Shown: positions 8,738 to 20,476 of the stretch, in pieces
Layout: every line of letters begins with the position of its first letter
How positions within the stretch are numbered: position 1 is the stretch's first letter
Assembly: GCA_964535385.1 (NCBI GenBank)
Contig: CAZHSY010000005.1
Location: forward strand, 263-64,262
DNA length: 64,000 nucleotides
Source: an uncultured Candidatus Saccharibacteria bacterium
GTDB taxonomy: Bacteria; Patescibacteriota; Saccharimonadia; CAILAD01; GCA-016700035
Reading direction: 5' to 3'
Translations under genes and position numbers: made by a program
Notes under the pieces: model-generated
The model's input: the letters and a program-made list of their open reading frames with translations, nothing else
The model's database searches: none
Told to the model about the DNA's origin: nothing

Positions 8738-10213
8738 CTAAGACGACAAACCGCTTGCTCCAACGTGCTGCTGGATAACCCTAGCTTTAGCGGCCCCGAC
8801 TACTCCACTTAAATCCGCCAAACTAGCCTCACGTACGCCTTTCACGCTGCCGAACTGCCTAATAAGCTTCTTGCGGGTGGTTGGCCCTACCCCCGGCACA
8901 CTATCAAGCCAGCTAGTAGTGGTTCGCTTATCGCGCACCGTCGTGTGATAGCTGACCGCAAACCGATGAGCCTCATCCCGAATGCGCTGCAAGAGCTGTA
9001 AGACTTTGCTGGTATGTGGCAAGGAAATAATCCGAAACTCTCCATCAATGTGTTCTTCTAGGCGACCAGCGCGCAGGCTCGGCGCATCGCGCAGGCGCTG
9101 CACGATCTGCTCATGTCGCTTAGCTAAACCAGCAGCTGGGATCTTCACGCCTAGCTCATCCAGTACCTCGGTTGCTGCCGCTAACTGCCCCTTCCCACCA
9201 TCGATGATGATTAAATCAGGCAGAGGCCAATCCTCGTGCTTGCCGGAGAAGCGCCGACGCATGGTCTCGGCCATCATGGCGAAGTCATTCGGGCCCTTGC
9301 TGCGCATTTTAAACTTCCGATATTGGCTCTGGTGAGCCGTGCCATTGGTGAATACCACCATTGAAGAGACGGCATCTCCACCTTGGAAGTTTGAGATATC
9401 GTAGCACTCCATGCGATTTGGTAATTTTTGCATACCCAACCGTTCGGCGAGACCAGTCAGGGCTTGATCCATGGCAATGTCAAAGCTCTCTTGATTACCA
9501 AACAAGACCTTGCGTGATAAGGCTTTGAGTGCCAAGTACTGATCGCGCAGCGCCGCCGCTTCTTCGTAATGCTTAGCCTTGGCAGCTCGATTCATCCCCT
9601 TCTCCAGGTCGCGCACCAGGGCTGTACTGCGGCCCTCCAGTACCATCATCAGACGGCGGATATTGGCTCGATATTCACTCACCGAGATGTCCGGTCGTGG
9701 TGCCACGCCGATCTGATGCTCGAGAGCAGATTTGGTCACTAGCTTAGAGTCCGAGAAGTATGGGAAGATCCGACGCAGTAAACGCAAAGCCTCTCGCACA
9801 AGACTGGTCGAGATGAACGGACCAAAGTAGCGGGCTTTATCATCGGCCGGTCGCCGCACGACCGTAATCTTCGGATAATCCTCCTGCACACTCACCCGTA
9901 TATAGATGAAGTTTTTATCATCCTTACCGTCGACGTTAAAGATTGGTTTGTAGCGCTTAATCAACTCAGCTTCAAGGAACAGCGCCTCAACCTCACTACC
10001 AGTCACAATCCAGTCCAGAGCAGCAATATTCTGCACCAAGATTGGCGTCTTGATATCTCGATGACTCTTCGTAAAGTACGAACGCACGCGTCGTTTGAGG
10101 ATGGAAGCCTTACCGACGTAGATAATTGTGCCGGCCTTATCCTTATACAAATACACGCCGGGCTCAGCAGGGAGCTCGGCCAGGCGGTCTTTGAGGTGAG
10201 CGGGGGCTGGCAT
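8738..10213 (-). CDS. uvrC: Excinuclease ABC subunit C (UvrC)
   Basis: N-terminal GIY-YIG (PGVYLYKDKAGTIIYVGKA...LKRRVRSYF), UvrBC-interaction region, and C-terminal (HhH)2 (VPGVGPTTRKKLIRQFGSVKGVREASLADL). Confidence 0.9.
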   Translation of the reverse strand: MPAPAHLKDRLAELPAEPGVYLYKDKAGTIIYVGKASILKRRVRSYFTKSHRDIKTPILVQNIAALDWIVTGSEVEALFLEAELIKRYKPIFNVDGKDDKNFIYIRVSVQEDYPKITVVRRPADDKARYFGPFISTSLVREALRLLRRIFPYFSDSKLVTKSALEHQIGVAPRPDISVSEYRANIRRLMMVLEGRSTALVRDLEKGMNRAAKAKHYEEAAALRDQYLALKALSRKVLFGNQESFDIAMDQALTGLAERLGMQKLPNRMECYDISNFQGGDAVSSMVVFTNGTAHQSQYRKFKMRSKGPNDFAMMAETMRRRFSGKHEDWPLPDLIIIDGGKGQLAAATEVLDELGVKIPAAGLAKRHEQIVQRLRDAPSLRAGRLEEHIDGEFRIISLPHTSKVLQLLQRIRDEAHRFAVSYHTTVRDKRTTTSWLDSVPGVGPTTRKKLIRQFGSVKGVREASLADLSGVVGAAKARVIQQHVGASGLSS

Positions 10214-10359
10214 ATTTATCGAATATTCCGTGTGAGATTTTATACTTGAATAGTATGGCCTTTTATTGTACCATGACCATGAAAACCAAACCTACGGCGA
10301 AAAACCATCCGGGTTTTCTTCGTACCTACCCACCTTGGCATCATAAGGAGGTGATACCT

Positions 10360-10641
10360 ATGCACGACGTCAATGCATTCCTGAGGGAGCACGGCCGAAG
10401 CGACCGAGAAGGCCTGGAAAGGCTAGTCTGTGACTATCTCGAAGTCGAATTCGAGATGGACCAGAAGAGCACTTCCTGGACCGACCCCGAGCTACAGCTC
10501 AAGCTGCGCGGCATCGTTCAGCAACTAGAAGTCTTGTTCGGCCTGCTTCCCGAAGACATCGATCTGGTGGCTGATGAGACCGAAGCCTTCCGCGCATACC
10601 TGATCGAACATAAGCCCCAGACTCTGAAGGAGACAGCGTGA
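10360..10641 (+). CDS. Hypothetical acidic protein, 93 aa
   Basis: The track ORF 10246..10641 begins at a TTG. A strong RBS AAGGAGG sits 7 nt before the internal ATG at 10360 (MHDVNAFLREHG...), so I place the start there. No recognisable domain. Confidence 0.45.
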   Translation: MHDVNAFLREHGRSDREGLERLVCDYLEVEFEMDQKSTSWTDPELQLKLRGIVQQLEVLFGLLPEDIDLVADETEAFRAYLIEHKPQTLKETA

Positions 10642-10659
10642 CTTCAGAAGTAACAAATA

Positions 10660-10696
10660 GTCCCTGATCGATATCGTAATTCGATCAGGGACTCAT
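10660..10696. terminator. Perfect 13-bp inverted repeat AGTCCCTGATCGA-N9-TCGATCAGGGACT, downstream of the 93-aa gene
   Basis: The palindrome is seen directly. No clean U-tract, so it could be a terminator or a protein-binding site. Confidence 0.4.
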
Positions 10697-10744
10697 CATG
10701 TATGCATTGCCGAGTCCTGGATACGGCTTATTTCCGGCACGCTG

Positions 10745-10860
10745 GGCGGCGGCATACGCTCCTATGAAAGCTCACCGTACTTCATGTACGCCTCACTTTC
10801 AAGCGGGGCTATTTCTTGCCCAGCATCACCAGAAAATAACCCGGTACTTAATAAAGGCGA
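10745..10860. repeat. Dispersed intergenic repeat, copy B
   Basis: Aligns to copy A with covarying stem (A: gaagac/gtcttc; B: gaaagc/actttc). Ends with cccagcatcaccagaaaataacccggtact, the reverse of the family core. Confidence 0.6.
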
Positions 10861-11001
10861 GTGGGCACTGGAAAGAATTTCATCCCAAACCTATTTTGGG
10901 ACGACAAACCCGATTCACCTCGTAGTCAAGGTTCGACCTGAGTGATACTGAGCAAGGTTTTCTTGTGTAAACGACGCTCAGCGCGCTCTAGATCGGGCTG
11001 A

Positions 11002-13881
11002 TTATTTCTTTAGTAGCTTCTTGAGATACTTACCAGTATGACTCTTCTCGATCTTCGCAATGTCCTCGGGGGTGCCTTCGCCAACTATCGTACCACCGCC
11101 AGAGCCACCCTCGGGACCGAGATCAATTAACCAGTCGGCAGATTTAATGACGTCAAGATTGTGCTCGATAATCAGGACACTATTCCCCATCTCGACAAGC
11201 TTCTGAATTACTTCGAGTAACCGATGGACATCTTCAAAATGCAGACCAGTGGTTGGTTCGTCTAAGATATACATAGTTTTACCCGTCGCTCGTCGTGATA
11301 ACTCGGAAGCTAACTTAATGCGCTGCGCTTCACCGCCAGACAGCGTAGTGGCTGGCTGACCAAGCTTGATGTAGCCCAAGCCAACTTCGTTGAGTGTCCC
11401 CAGCTTGCGAGCCACGGTCGGGATATTGCCAAAGAACTCATGGGCTTCCTCGACGGTCATGCCAAGCACATCGGAGATCGTCTTGTCCTTATACGTAATC
11501 TCGAGGGCTTCGCGGTTATACCGCTTCCCGTTACAAGTCTCGCAGGTCACATAAACGTCCGGTAAGAAATGCATCTCAATCTTAATAATCCCGTCACCCT
11601 TACAGGTCTCGCAGCGACCACCTTTAACATTAAACGAGAAGCGTCCGGCCGAGTAGCCACGGATCTTGGCCTCGGGAGTCTGCGCAAACAGATCGCGGAT
11701 ATCAGTGAAGGCTCCGGTGTAGGTTGCCGGGTTTGAGCGCGGGGTTCGACCGATCGGGCTCTGATCGATATCGATGACTTTATCGAGATTTTCGACGCCA
11801 TCGATGCGTTCGTGCTTCCCGGCTGGCTCCTGGCTACGGTGGTATTCCTGACTGAGCTTGCGAGCCAGAATATCGTTAATAAGTGAGCTCTTACCAGAGC
11901 CAGATACACCTGTCACTACGGTCATATTCCCAAGTGGGATCGAGACCGTGACGTTCTGTAAGTTGTGCTCAGTTGCGCCAACGATGGTCAGCGACTTGCC
12001 GTTGCCTTTGCGCCGTGTCTTCGGGACAACGATCTTTTTCTTGCCCGAGAGGTACTGGCCAGTGATCGACTTCGGATTCTTAGCTACCTCGGCTGGAGTA
12101 CCGATAGCCACAACTTCCCCACCGTGTTCGCCGGCGGCTGGGCCGATATCAATTACGCAGTCAGAGGCTAGAATCGTATCCTCATCATGCTCTACCACGA
12201 TCACCGTATTACCGAGATTGCGCAAGCGCTTGAGGGTCTCGATCAAGCGATCATTATCACGCTGATGTAAGCCAATCGATGGCTCATCAAGAATGTATAA
12301 GACGCCCATCAATGAGCTCCCGATTTGGGTAGCCAAACGAATCCGCTGAGCTTCTCCACCAGCCAAGGTGTTAGCGCTACGATTGAGGGTTAGATAGCTT
12401 AAGCCAACGTCGTTTAAGAAAGTTAGGCGCTCACAGATTTCTTTTAAAATCTGCTTAGCGATCTGAGCTTGCTGCTCATTGAGTGTTAGACCGGTGAAAT
12501 AAGCCACGGCCTTCTCAACACTCATCTCGGTCACATCGGCAATTGACTTGTCGTTGACAGTGATCGCCAAGACTTCCGGCTTGAGTCGCTTCCCCTGACA
12601 GACCGGGCAGACCATATTGTTCATATAGCGCTCGATCTCGCCTTTGACAAAATCACTATCGCTCTCACGATAGCGCCGCTCGAGATTCGGGATAACCCCT
12701 TCGAAAGTCGTCTTATAAGTACGGCCACCTGGTCCAGGCACTTCGATCGCCGCGCTACCAGTACCGTACAAGACCGTCGCCAGCTCATCTTGGGTCAGCT
12801 CGTTGACTGGCTTATCGAGTGAAAATTTGTGCGTCTTAGCCACGGCCTGCAGGAGCTTGGTGTACCAAGTCATGCGGCTGGTCGTGCGGCTCCAGGGACG
12901 AATAGCACCTTCACTGATGCTCAAGCGGGCGTTCGGGATCACCAGACCGGGGTCGACCACTAAGAGCGCACCGAGACCGGTGCAGTTTGGACAAGCACCG
13001 TGCGGAGCATTAAAAGAAAACAAGCGAGGCTCAATTTCGGCCAAGGAGAAACCAGAGTCGGTGGTGGCATAGTGTTCGGAGAAGACCTGCTCCTGTTTAG
13101 TTACAAAATCCTGCACGCTCAAGACGCCATCACCCAGGCGAAGTGCCTGCTCGACAGCCTCAGCCAAGCGCTGATGCTCCTCGGTCTCCACAGCTAAGCG
13201 ATCAACTACGACTTCAATGGTGTGCTTCTTCTGCTTCTCGAGCTCACCGACCTCATCGAGATCAATTTCTAGGTCATCGACACGGGCCTTGAGATAACCA
13301 GCCTTAATCAGCTCTTCAATAACATGACGATGTTCGCCCTTCTTGTCCTTGACGACGGTCGCTAGGATAACGACTCGGGTGCCAGCTGGGAAGCCTTCGA
13401 TTGCCTCAACAATCTGGGCTGGCGTCTGACGAGTTAATTCCTCGCCGGTCTTAGGGTCGTGCGGGACACCGATGCGAGCGAAAAGCAGCCGTAAATAATC
13501 ATAGATCTCGGTCACTGTAGCAACGGTAGAGCGTGGATTACGGCTGGTTGATTTCTGGTCAATCGAAATGGCTGGTGAAAGCCCTTCGATCTGATCAACA
13601 TCCGGCTTTTCCATCTGGCCTAAGAATTGACGAGCATAAGCTGAGAGCGACTCGACGTAGCGACGTTGGCCTTCGGCGTAGATGGTATCAAAAGCCAGCG
13701 AGCTCTTCCCAGACCCAGACAGGCCGGTAATAACTACCAGCTTATCCCGCGGGATAGTGACATCGATGTTCTTAAGATTGTTTTCTCGAGCGCCGCGAAT
13801 AACTAATTTATCATGCATAGAGGTCTTGTTGCTCTCACTTGTTACTAAATTCTTATCTGTTGCTCGGACAGGCCACATCAC
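11002..13881 (-). CDS. uvrA: Excinuclease ABC subunit A (UvrA)
   Basis: 959 aa, two ABC ATPase modules. [61 protein letters not shown] and the Zn-finger cysteines are present. The conserved core begins at M22 (MHDKLV, start 13818); the upstream ATGATG follows a TATAAT box. Confidence 0.95.
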   Translation of the reverse strand: MMWPVRATDKNLVTSESNKTSMHDKLVIRGARENNLKNIDVTIPRDKLVVITGLSGSGKSSLAFDTIYAEGQRRYVESLSAYARQFLGQMEKPDVDQIEGLSPAISIDQKSTSRNPRSTVATVTEIYDYLRLLFARIGVPHDPKTGEELTRQTPAQIVEAIEGFPAGTRVVILATVVKDKKGEHRHVIEELIKAGYLKARVDDLEIDLDEVGELEKQKKHTIEVVVDRLAVETEEHQRLAEAVEQALRLGDGVLSVQDFVTKQEQVFSEHYATTDSGFSLAEIEPRLFSFNAPHGACPNCTGLGALLVVDPGLVIPNARLSISEGAIRPWSRTTSRMTWYTKLLQAVAKTHKFSLDKPVNELTQDELATVLYGTGSAAIEVPGPGGRTYKTTFEGVIPNLERRYRESDSDFVKGEIERYMNNMVCPVCQGKRLKPEVLAITVNDKSIADVTEMSVEKAVAYFTGLTLNEQQAQIAKQILKEICERLTFLNDVGLSYLTLNRSANTLAGGEAQRIRLATQIGSSLMGVLYILDEPSIGLHQRDNDRLIETLKRLRNLGNTVIVVEHDEDTILASDCVIDIGPAAGEHGGEVVAIGTPAEVAKNPKSITGQYLSGKKKIVVPKTRRKGNGKSLTIVGATEHNLQNVTVSIPLGNMTVVTGVSGSGKSSLINDILARKLSQEYHRSQEPAGKHERIDGVENLDKVIDIDQSPIGRTPRSNPATYTGAFTDIRDLFAQTPEAKIRGYSAGRFSFNVKGGRCETCKGDGIIKIEMHFLPDVYVTCETCNGKRYNREALEITYKDKTISDVLGMTVEEAHEFFGNIPTVARKLGTLNEVGLGYIKLGQPATTLSGGEAQRIKLASELSRRATGKTMYILDEPTTGLHFEDVHRLLEVIQKLVEMGNSVLIIEHNLDVIKSADWLIDLGPEGGSGGGTIVGEGTPEDIAKIEKSHTGKYLKKLLKK

Positions 13882-14054
13882 ACAAAACTAGCGAGCAATT
13901 ATACGCGCCTAAGACCAGCCTTTCAAGCCTCCCTGGATCTTCCGAAAAGCGCTTTTTATTTACAAAACCGCCCGTACATGCCCAAATATTCACTCGAGTT
14001 ACGTCTTTTTAATCGAAGCCGATATTTGTTATACTTATTCTTGAATCATAAGAG

Positions 14055-14750
14055 GTGTTTATGCTCCCATCTACCCCATCACCCGAAGCTAGCGAACCGG
14101 TAAGCCATACTCCCGGAGCCCTTCAAGCCGCCCAAGAAGCCCAGGCAGCTTTTCTAAACAATCAACCTACCGTTCCCGAAGCTGTTGCGCCAACTGACGC
14201 CCAGCAGCCTATCGCCGTACCAGTTACTACTGACAATCCAGCTGGCACTGGCTTCCTAGGTGATCTGGCTGGAGCCCAAAAAGAGCCAGTCCTTCCAACA
14301 AATACTGCGACAGGGCAACAATTTACACAAGCCCCTGATGCTCCGTACGAGGCCGCGCCTCTTGTACCGCCAACACCGCCCGTCGTGGAGTCTGCAGCTG
14401 TCTCTCCAGCTACAGAAGCTACGCCACCAACACCTACTCCGCTCGAGGTAGCCCCTCCTACAGCATTAGTTCCAGAAGCCACGACTCCGAGTACCATCCT
14501 AGAAGACGGAGACAAGCTTGTCATTCCACCCCAAGTCGGAGAAGAGAAAGTAGAAGCCGTCAAACGAGAGGCCGGCGAAACTATCGCCAGCCCAACCGAC
14601 CTACGTGTACTTGGTGAAAAACTCGCGCAGCTACCTGAACAACTCAGCCCTCGAGAAGCTTCCGAACTAATTGTCGACCTGGTGCTCGCTCAGCGACATC
14701 TCGAAAATCAAGTTTTAAGCGCAACCGATACTCACCCTCAAGCAGCCTAA
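14055..14750 (+). CDS. Pro/Ala/Thr-rich low-complexity protein with C-terminal helical segment
   Basis: 231 aa. RBS AAGAGG upstream. Composition-biased. Convergent with the acidic-protein operon. Confidence 0.45.
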   Translation: MFMLPSTPSPEASEPVSHTPGALQAAQEAQAAFLNNQPTVPEAVAPTDAQQPIAVPVTTDNPAGTGFLGDLAGAQKEPVLPTNTATGQQFTQAPDAPYEAAPLVPPTPPVVESAAVSPATEATPPTPTPLEVAPPTALVPEATTPSTILEDGDKLVIPPQVGEEKVEAVKREAGETIASPTDLRVLGEKLAQLPEQLSPREASELIVDLVLAQRHLENQVLSATDTHPQAA

Positions 14751-14834
14751 CTTAGGAAATTCGCTATACAAAACACCGGCTGCTAATGAGCCGGTTTTTG
14801 TATATTCTGATCTGTAGCGTAATGCTATTTTGAA

Positions 14835-16142
14835 CTATTTTGTAAAGCGACTCTTCAGTGCAGCCAGCTCGTCACGAACCTTCTGCAGACCAGCATCAAG
14901 CTCATCAACGTGCTGTTCGAGACGAACTAAGGCAGCCTGTGTCTCGCCGCTGTCATCTGGTTTGACTTCTCCCGTAGTAGCTGCGATATCTACGCTCGAC
15001 TCCGAGTCATCGTTTGGTGTTACTACCCTGTCCTCTTCCTTAGCCTTTGGATCGCTGCTGTCGGTCACGTATTCGCCACGGCCTGAGAGAATATCACTGA
15101 CTTCACCAGCAACTTCGGCGGATTTTTCATCTGAGGCGGCTTGAGGGGCTTCAGATAACGCATCCTCACTCGTAGGGACACCCTCATCCACTTTGCTAGA
15201 CTGTTCGGATTGCCAAGCCTGACCTTCTTCGACCGGTGGGGCTGGTGGCTCGGGTGAGCTATCTGATGTCGTGTCAGTACCCGAAACTACCGCATCAGCA
15301 AATGGAGCTTCTGCGGTGACAGTGGGCTCATCCGGTACCTCGACTGCAGATGGTACTTCTTCGCTTGCAGAAGGCTCTGCGACCGGCTCAATGTCGGCGA
15401 CTGGGGTTTCTTCAGTCGTCGCTGGCTCAAATGGATGACTTGGAATCTCAAAACTATCATGACTAGCCTCCGGACTCTCTAGTGATGGAGTATCCACTGG
15501 ACTAGGTTCTGTGGGTTCTTCAGGCGAGGTTAGCTCAGGGGTATCGGTCTGACTATTCTGAACCGCATTGGCAGCGTGAGCAGCCTGAGCGTCCTTCAGG
15601 GCCTGCATATCTGGGTCTGTACTCTCGGTAGCTTCAGCCGCAGCAGACTCTTCTAGGACTGGAGTATCACTGTCTGGAGTGCTAGCTTCTAGGCTAGGGA
15701 CTGGCTCATCCGCAGCCATAACTTCTGAAGTAGGGGTTGGCTCATCTGTAATTGGAGCTTGGTCGGCAGCCGCTTCCGCCGCCGGAGTCTCAGGCGCAAC
15801 CGAAGGAGTCTCGCTCGCAGTGAGGTCAACTGGCTCATGTCCACCCTTAGGAATAGCATGCACATCACTCATAGTACTATTGCTCACGACTGCCTCAGGA
15901 GTTGGCGCTTCCAAGGGTGCTGGCGGGTCAGTCTCAGTCGTAGCGGCAGTCGCAAGATCAGCCACACCGGCCGCGGCTGCATCTTCCGGATGAATCACGT
16001 TCGGATCAGCTGGAGCTTCATCTGCGACTGCTGCAGTTGGGTCATCATGGTGACCAAAAATCTTACTAAAGAATCCCCCCTGCTTGGCGTGAGCGTCCTC
16101 GGCGTGCATCGACGTACTTTTCCTCTCTTTATTGGCGTACAA
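14835..16142 (-). CDS. Highly acidic intrinsically disordered protein (Glu/Asp/Pro/Thr/Ala-rich) with C-terminal coiled coil
   Basis: 435 aa. Long open frame across GC-rich DNA. C-terminal ETQAALVRLEQHVDELDAGLQKVRDELAALKSRF. Confidence 0.5.
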   Translation of the reverse strand: MYANKERKSTSMHAEDAHAKQGGFFSKIFGHHDDPTAAVADEAPADPNVIHPEDAAAAGVADLATAATTETDPPAPLEAPTPEAVVSNSTMSDVHAIPKGGHEPVDLTASETPSVAPETPAAEAAADQAPITDEPTPTSEVMAADEPVPSLEASTPDSDTPVLEESAAAEATESTDPDMQALKDAQAAHAANAVQNSQTDTPELTSPEEPTEPSPVDTPSLESPEASHDSFEIPSHPFEPATTEETPVADIEPVAEPSASEEVPSAVEVPDEPTVTAEAPFADAVVSGTDTTSDSSPEPPAPPVEEGQAWQSEQSSKVDEGVPTSEDALSEAPQAASDEKSAEVAGEVSDILSGRGEYVTDSSDPKAKEEDRVVTPNDDSESSVDIAATTGEVKPDDSGETQAALVRLEQHVDELDAGLQKVRDELAALKSRFTK

Positions 16143-16217
16143 AATCTTAATTGGCGTGCAAAGAGCTTATGCTCTAATCACATTAAGTGTAGCAAAGTTT
16201 TAGCTTACCGCCTAGGC

Positions 16218-17273
16218 TTATTCATACCCCTCAGGAGTAAGCTCAACCGACGGCGTTCGTACCTTTAAAGTAACTTCCTCTTCGACTGTTTTGGCGGCGT
16301 CCTGATCGAGCCTACTCTCCGTATCGGCTAACCGAGCGAGATCTCGTTTGAAGCGATCATTGCGTTGACTAAAATCGCGTAAAGACTCCTGCATCTGTCC
16401 TGGCGGGAAACGATATAAGAGTTGATTGAGCTGATCAATCAGAGTAGTGAGAGCAGTCTCAAGCTGTTGTGCTTGGTCTCGCAGTTCGCCTGAGAAACTC
16501 CGGGCTGTGGCCAAATCGGGCTGTGCTTGCAAGCCTTCACGGCCCTTATTTAGGCTATATGACGATTGATAAACTTGATCTTGGAATTGCTGACGAGCCT
16601 GCAGAAGCTCGGCCGCCATTGGTCCACCCTGCAAAGCTTGTTCGAGAGGCTTGAGCTTCTCGTCAACTTCGCGGTGTAGCATGCGTGTAAGATTGTTTGT
16701 TGTCCTGAAGCGCTGCTCGAGCTCGCCATTATATTGCTCTTGCTCTGGAACTTCTGCTTCCGCAGGCTCGAGAGCCGCTGATGCCCGGTCGGATACCCTG
16801 ACAGCAGCTGCTTCAGCTGACGCTGGCGCCTCCTGGGCCGGTAAAGCTTCCGGCGTCATATCGGCTACCAGGATATCCTCTTGCATCTCGCCGGTCAGGT
16901 TTGGATTCGATGCGGGTGTATCCTGAGGCTGTTCCCAGGCCGTGTTTTCATCCGGGGAGTCGTCGGCATCGATTTGCGCTTGATAGGCGGCCTCATAAGA
17001 TTCGAAAGTCATGTACTGACCAGCGGCATTCTCTACAAACCATCGACCGTCCGGCATAGCATGTCCAGATATACCACCCTCGTCAAAGAAATCCTTACGA
17101 AATTGCTTGAGCTGGCGATCCGCCTCAGCTTGATCGCGGTCGGCCTGCTCGGCGGTCTGACGATTAGTCAGATCAGCAATGCCTTGCAAGTCATGTCGAC
17201 GGGTATCTTCTGGAGAGTCAGCCGAGACCTCAGGCTGGGTGTCCTCCGTACTCTCATATTCTGGACTTAGCAT
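16218..17273 (-). CDS. Acidic coiled-coil protein of unknown function
   Basis: 351 aa. Gln/Glu/Ala/Asp-rich with heptad-like C-terminal half. Confidence 0.5.
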   Translation of the reverse strand: MLSPEYESTEDTQPEVSADSPEDTRRHDLQGIADLTNRQTAEQADRDQAEADRQLKQFRKDFFDEGGISGHAMPDGRWFVENAAGQYMTFESYEAAYQAQIDADDSPDENTAWEQPQDTPASNPNLTGEMQEDILVADMTPEALPAQEAPASAEAAAVRVSDRASAALEPAEAEVPEQEQYNGELEQRFRTTNNLTRMLHREVDEKLKPLEQALQGGPMAAELLQARQQFQDQVYQSSYSLNKGREGLQAQPDLATARSFSGELRDQAQQLETALTTLIDQLNQLLYRFPPGQMQESLRDFSQRNDRFKRDLARLADTESRLDQDAAKTVEEEVTLKVRTPSVELTPEGYE

Positions 17274-17322
17274 ATCTCTATACCACTCATGCTTCTAGTA
17301 TGACATAGCTATTCATAAAGAA

Positions 17323-18387
17323 CTACGGCAGACGCCGCTGAACTGGTGATTGGTTAAAGTAGCGATTCAAAACAGGCTCAAGAGCTACAATATGTGACCC
17401 ACCGTAGGGAACAAATGGCTTTTTACCAGATTTCACAGCGCCGGTTATCGCCTCAAAGATATGTCGATCCCGAAAAACACTGACTCGATTTCCAATCTGA
17501 TTCATTCTCCCATCACGAGTTGGCGATGCTAGGTTGATAAGCTCCGTCGGATCCTCGATGCCGAAACGTAATTCACCATCTACCACTGTGAATTCTGGCA
17601 AGCCTTGCTCCTCCAGAATTGGGTTGAAGTGTTGCAAGGCAAACTCTGTGCCGCGATGGGCGAAATCAGCCAACACCTCAGCTGTGCGTTGAGGATCGCG
17701 GCTGATCTCAGTCTTCTCCTCTTCGGTAAGCTCATGAAAACCCGGTACAGCATTACGAGCTAACTGGAAGCAAATCAACGCTGGCAAATTCCCTGTTCCT
17801 CGTTCGGCTAGAAGTTGTGGCCCAAGAGCTCGCAAAGTAGTGAAGAGAGCCGTTTCAGTGCGCGATATACCTTGCCGCTCAAGTTCCGTCGCCACCTCAC
17901 CATCTGACGGCTCCCCAGAAATAGCCGGCGTTTGCGTCTGAGCAGCCAAGAACTGAGCCAGACCCGAATCGGCTCGTCGCTGAATTGCGGTGGTGCGATC
18001 CGTAAAAGACTGAGCTGACCCCTCAAAGATAAGCAGTCTCTCATCTGGTGGCGTCTCCTCCAGATACTTCTGAAATGAGGCTTCGAGATCGCGATGGGCC
18101 TGGGCTTCAGGATCTTGCTCATGTCCGCTAATGGCTTCTCCGGACGCATCAACTCGTATTGAAGCTACGAGTGTAGCGCCTGGATAATGATACTCAGTTA
18201 TCTTTCCGGCTTTAGTCCGCTCTTGATTAGCTCGATCGTACCGATCGTCATAGCCAGAGTATTCACTCCAGGCCTCTTCACGGCGCTCTGACTCGTCTTG
18301 GGCTGCACTGCTATCCATTATCATCTTCAAGCCGTCGGTTTCAGGAAATAAGACTTCGGACTCATCCCGACTACCCTCCGGGTTCAC
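17323..18387 (-). CDS. Hypothetical protein overlapping uvrB by 1 nt
   Basis: 354 aa. The start overlaps the uvrB stop by 1 nt. Acidic N-terminal half and a more ordered C-terminal half (…RDRHIFEAITGAVKSGKKPFVPYGGSHIVALEPVL). Confidence 0.55.
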   Translation of the reverse strand: MNPEGSRDESEVLFPETDGLKMIMDSSAAQDESERREEAWSEYSGYDDRYDRANQERTKAGKITEYHYPGATLVASIRVDASGEAISGHEQDPEAQAHRDLEASFQKYLEETPPDERLLIFEGSAQSFTDRTTAIQRRADSGLAQFLAAQTQTPAISGEPSDGEVATELERQGISRTETALFTTLRALGPQLLAERGTGNLPALICFQLARNAVPGFHELTEEEKTEISRDPQRTAEVLADFAHRGTEFALQHFNPILEEQGLPEFTVVDGELRFGIEDPTELINLASPTRDGRMNQIGNRVSVFRDRHIFEAITGAVKSGKKPFVPYGGSHIVALEPVLNRYFNQSPVQRRLP

Positions 18388-20372
18388 TACTTCTTTATCC
18401 TTTGTCCGAGCTGGAAATCTTTAATCTCGGCAATCTGATCACGCAGCTCAGCGGCTTTTTCAAACTGCAAATTCGCGGCTGCCATGTCCATCTGCTCATT
18501 AAGTTGCTTCAGAAGCTGCTTCAGCTCATCCTTGGGGATCTTATTCAGATCCAGCTCCTTCACATCGGCAAGCTCAGTCTCCTTCTCCTCGGCCATCCGC
18601 TCGGCAATTGCCTTTTGGATACCCTGCGGCGTGATGCCATGCGCTTCGTTATAGGCTTGTTGCTTCTCACGGCGGCGCTCGGTCTCATCGATGGCGGCCT
18701 TCATCGATCGCGTGATCGTATCGGCGTACATAATCACCCGTCCGTCAACGTGACGAGCCGCTCTACCAATGGTCTGAATCAGGGCCGACTGGCTACGCAA
18801 GAAGCCTTCTTTATCGGCGTCAATGATGGCCACCAACGAGACTTCTGGGAGATCGAGCCCTTCGCGCAAGAGATTGATCCCAACCAAAACGTCGTACACA
18901 CCCAAGCGTAAGTCGCGCAAGATATCAGTCCGCTCGAGTGTGTTTACCTCGGAGTGCAGGTACTGGACTTTAATGCCAATATCGGCCAGATATTCTGAGA
19001 GATCCTCGGACATCCGCTTGGTTAGGGTGGTAACGAGTGTTCGCTGCCCCTTTTTGACTCGATCGCGAATCTCGGCGATAAGATCGTCAATCTGATGCTC
19101 GACCGGACGAACTTCGATCTTAGGATCGATAAGACCAGTCGGACGAATAATTTGTTCGACAACCCGTGATGAACGTGACAGTTCATAGTCGGTCGGCGTC
19201 GCCGAGACATAAACGACTTGATTAATGTGGCGATCAAATTCCTCAAAGCGAAGTGGCCTATTGTCTAGTGCGCTTGGCAAACGAAAGCCATAGTTAACCA
19301 ACACTTCCTTACGGGCTCGGTCACCATTAAACATACCTCGCACCTGCGGTACAGTAATATGACTCTCGTCAATCAACATTAGAAAGTCATCCGGAAAATA
19401 GTCGAGCAAGGTGGCTGGCTGCTCGCCTGGTTCGCGATTAGTCAGATAGCGTGAGTAATTCTCGATACCTTTTACAAAACCAGTCTGCTCGAGGATCTCA
19501 CAGTCATATTGAATGCGTTGCTCAAGACGTTGAGCTTCTAAGTGCTGCTCATTCTTCTTGAAATAGGCAATCCGCTCAGTAGCTTCGCTTTTAATCTGCA
19601 CAATTGCCTTCTGAAGCTGCTCCTTGGGCGTCACATAGTGCTTAGCCGGAAAGATCGTGATCTGATCTGGTCGATCAAGCATCTCGCCGGTGAGCGGATC
19701 GAGCTTAGCAATCGACTCTACTTCGTCACCAAAGAACTGAATCCGATAGGCCTCTTCGCCATCGGCTGGGATCACGTCGACATACTCACCGCGCACCCGG
19801 AAGGTACCACGCATGAAGTTCTGGTCATTGCGGCTGTACTGAATGTCGGTCAGATGGCGCAAGAATTTATCACGCCTGCGCAACTCACCTTTCTTAATCG
19901 GTAGCGCCATAGCCGAGAACGCCTCGACCGTACCGATGCCGTAGATACACGATACCGAAGCAATGATCAGCGTGTCCGGGCGGGTCAACAATGAGCTGGT
20001 CGCGGCCAAACGCAAGCGATCAATTTCTTCATTGATCGAGCTATCCTTCTCGATATACGTATCACTCCGGGGAATATAAGCTTCTGGCTGGTAATAATCG
20101 AAGTAGCTCACAAAATAGTGCACCGCGTTGTCCGGGAAGAATTCTTTAAACTCCGAGTACAACTGAGCCGCCAGTGTCTTATTGTGGCTTAAGACCAGCG
20201 TCGGCTTATTGCGTTGAGCAATAAGATTGGCCATCGAGAAGGTCTTGCCGGATCCTGTCACGCCGAGTAGGGTTTGCTCGCGCTCACCAGTAGCTATGCC
20301 GGAGGCAAGCTGCCTAATTGCCTCGGGTTGGTCGCCGGATGGTTCGTATTTTGATCGGAGATTGAAGGCCAT
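18387..20372 (-). CDS. uvrB: Excinuclease ABC subunit B (UvrB)
   Basis: 661 aa. Helicase motifs ([12 protein letters not shown]), beta-hairpin region, and C-terminal UVR domain ([15 protein letters not shown]). Confidence 0.95.
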   Translation of the reverse strand: MAFNLRSKYEPSGDQPEAIRQLASGIATGEREQTLLGVTGSGKTFSMANLIAQRNKPTLVLSHNKTLAAQLYSEFKEFFPDNAVHYFVSYFDYYQPEAYIPRSDTYIEKDSSINEEIDRLRLAATSSLLTRPDTLIIASVSCIYGIGTVEAFSAMALPIKKGELRRRDKFLRHLTDIQYSRNDQNFMRGTFRVRGEYVDVIPADGEEAYRIQFFGDEVESIAKLDPLTGEMLDRPDQITIFPAKHYVTPKEQLQKAIVQIKSEATERIAYFKKNEQHLEAQRLEQRIQYDCEILEQTGFVKGIENYSRYLTNREPGEQPATLLDYFPDDFLMLIDESHITVPQVRGMFNGDRARKEVLVNYGFRLPSALDNRPLRFEEFDRHINQVVYVSATPTDYELSRSSRVVEQIIRPTGLIDPKIEVRPVEHQIDDLIAEIRDRVKKGQRTLVTTLTKRMSEDLSEYLADIGIKVQYLHSEVNTLERTDILRDLRLGVYDVLVGINLLREGLDLPEVSLVAIIDADKEGFLRSQSALIQTIGRAARHVDGRVIMYADTITRSMKAAIDETERRREKQQAYNEAHGITPQGIQKAIAERMAEEKETELADVKELDLNKIPKDELKQLLKQLNEQMDMAAANLQFEKAAELRDQIAEIKDFQLGQRIKK

Positions 20373-20476
20373 AACCTTCAGTATAGCGCGTTTTTAAAAA
20401 ACCGTAAGCCCCATCAAGCAGTTGAGCCACCCAAAGACCTGGGTGGCTCACGATAGCGCCGACTAAGCCGGCCTGG

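Noticed and set aside
11547-13891. Multiple 60-135-aa ORFs inside and antisense to uvrA
   Set aside because: uvrA is a continuous 959-aa conserved frame. The overlapping ORFs are frame shadows.
14162-16268. ORFs 14162..14563(-), 14830..15144(+), 15679..15993(+) and 15759..16268(+) inside the GC-rich acidic-protein genes
   Set aside because: High-GC low-complexity DNA yields long open frames on every strand. I kept only the longest sense ORFs, which have plausible starts.
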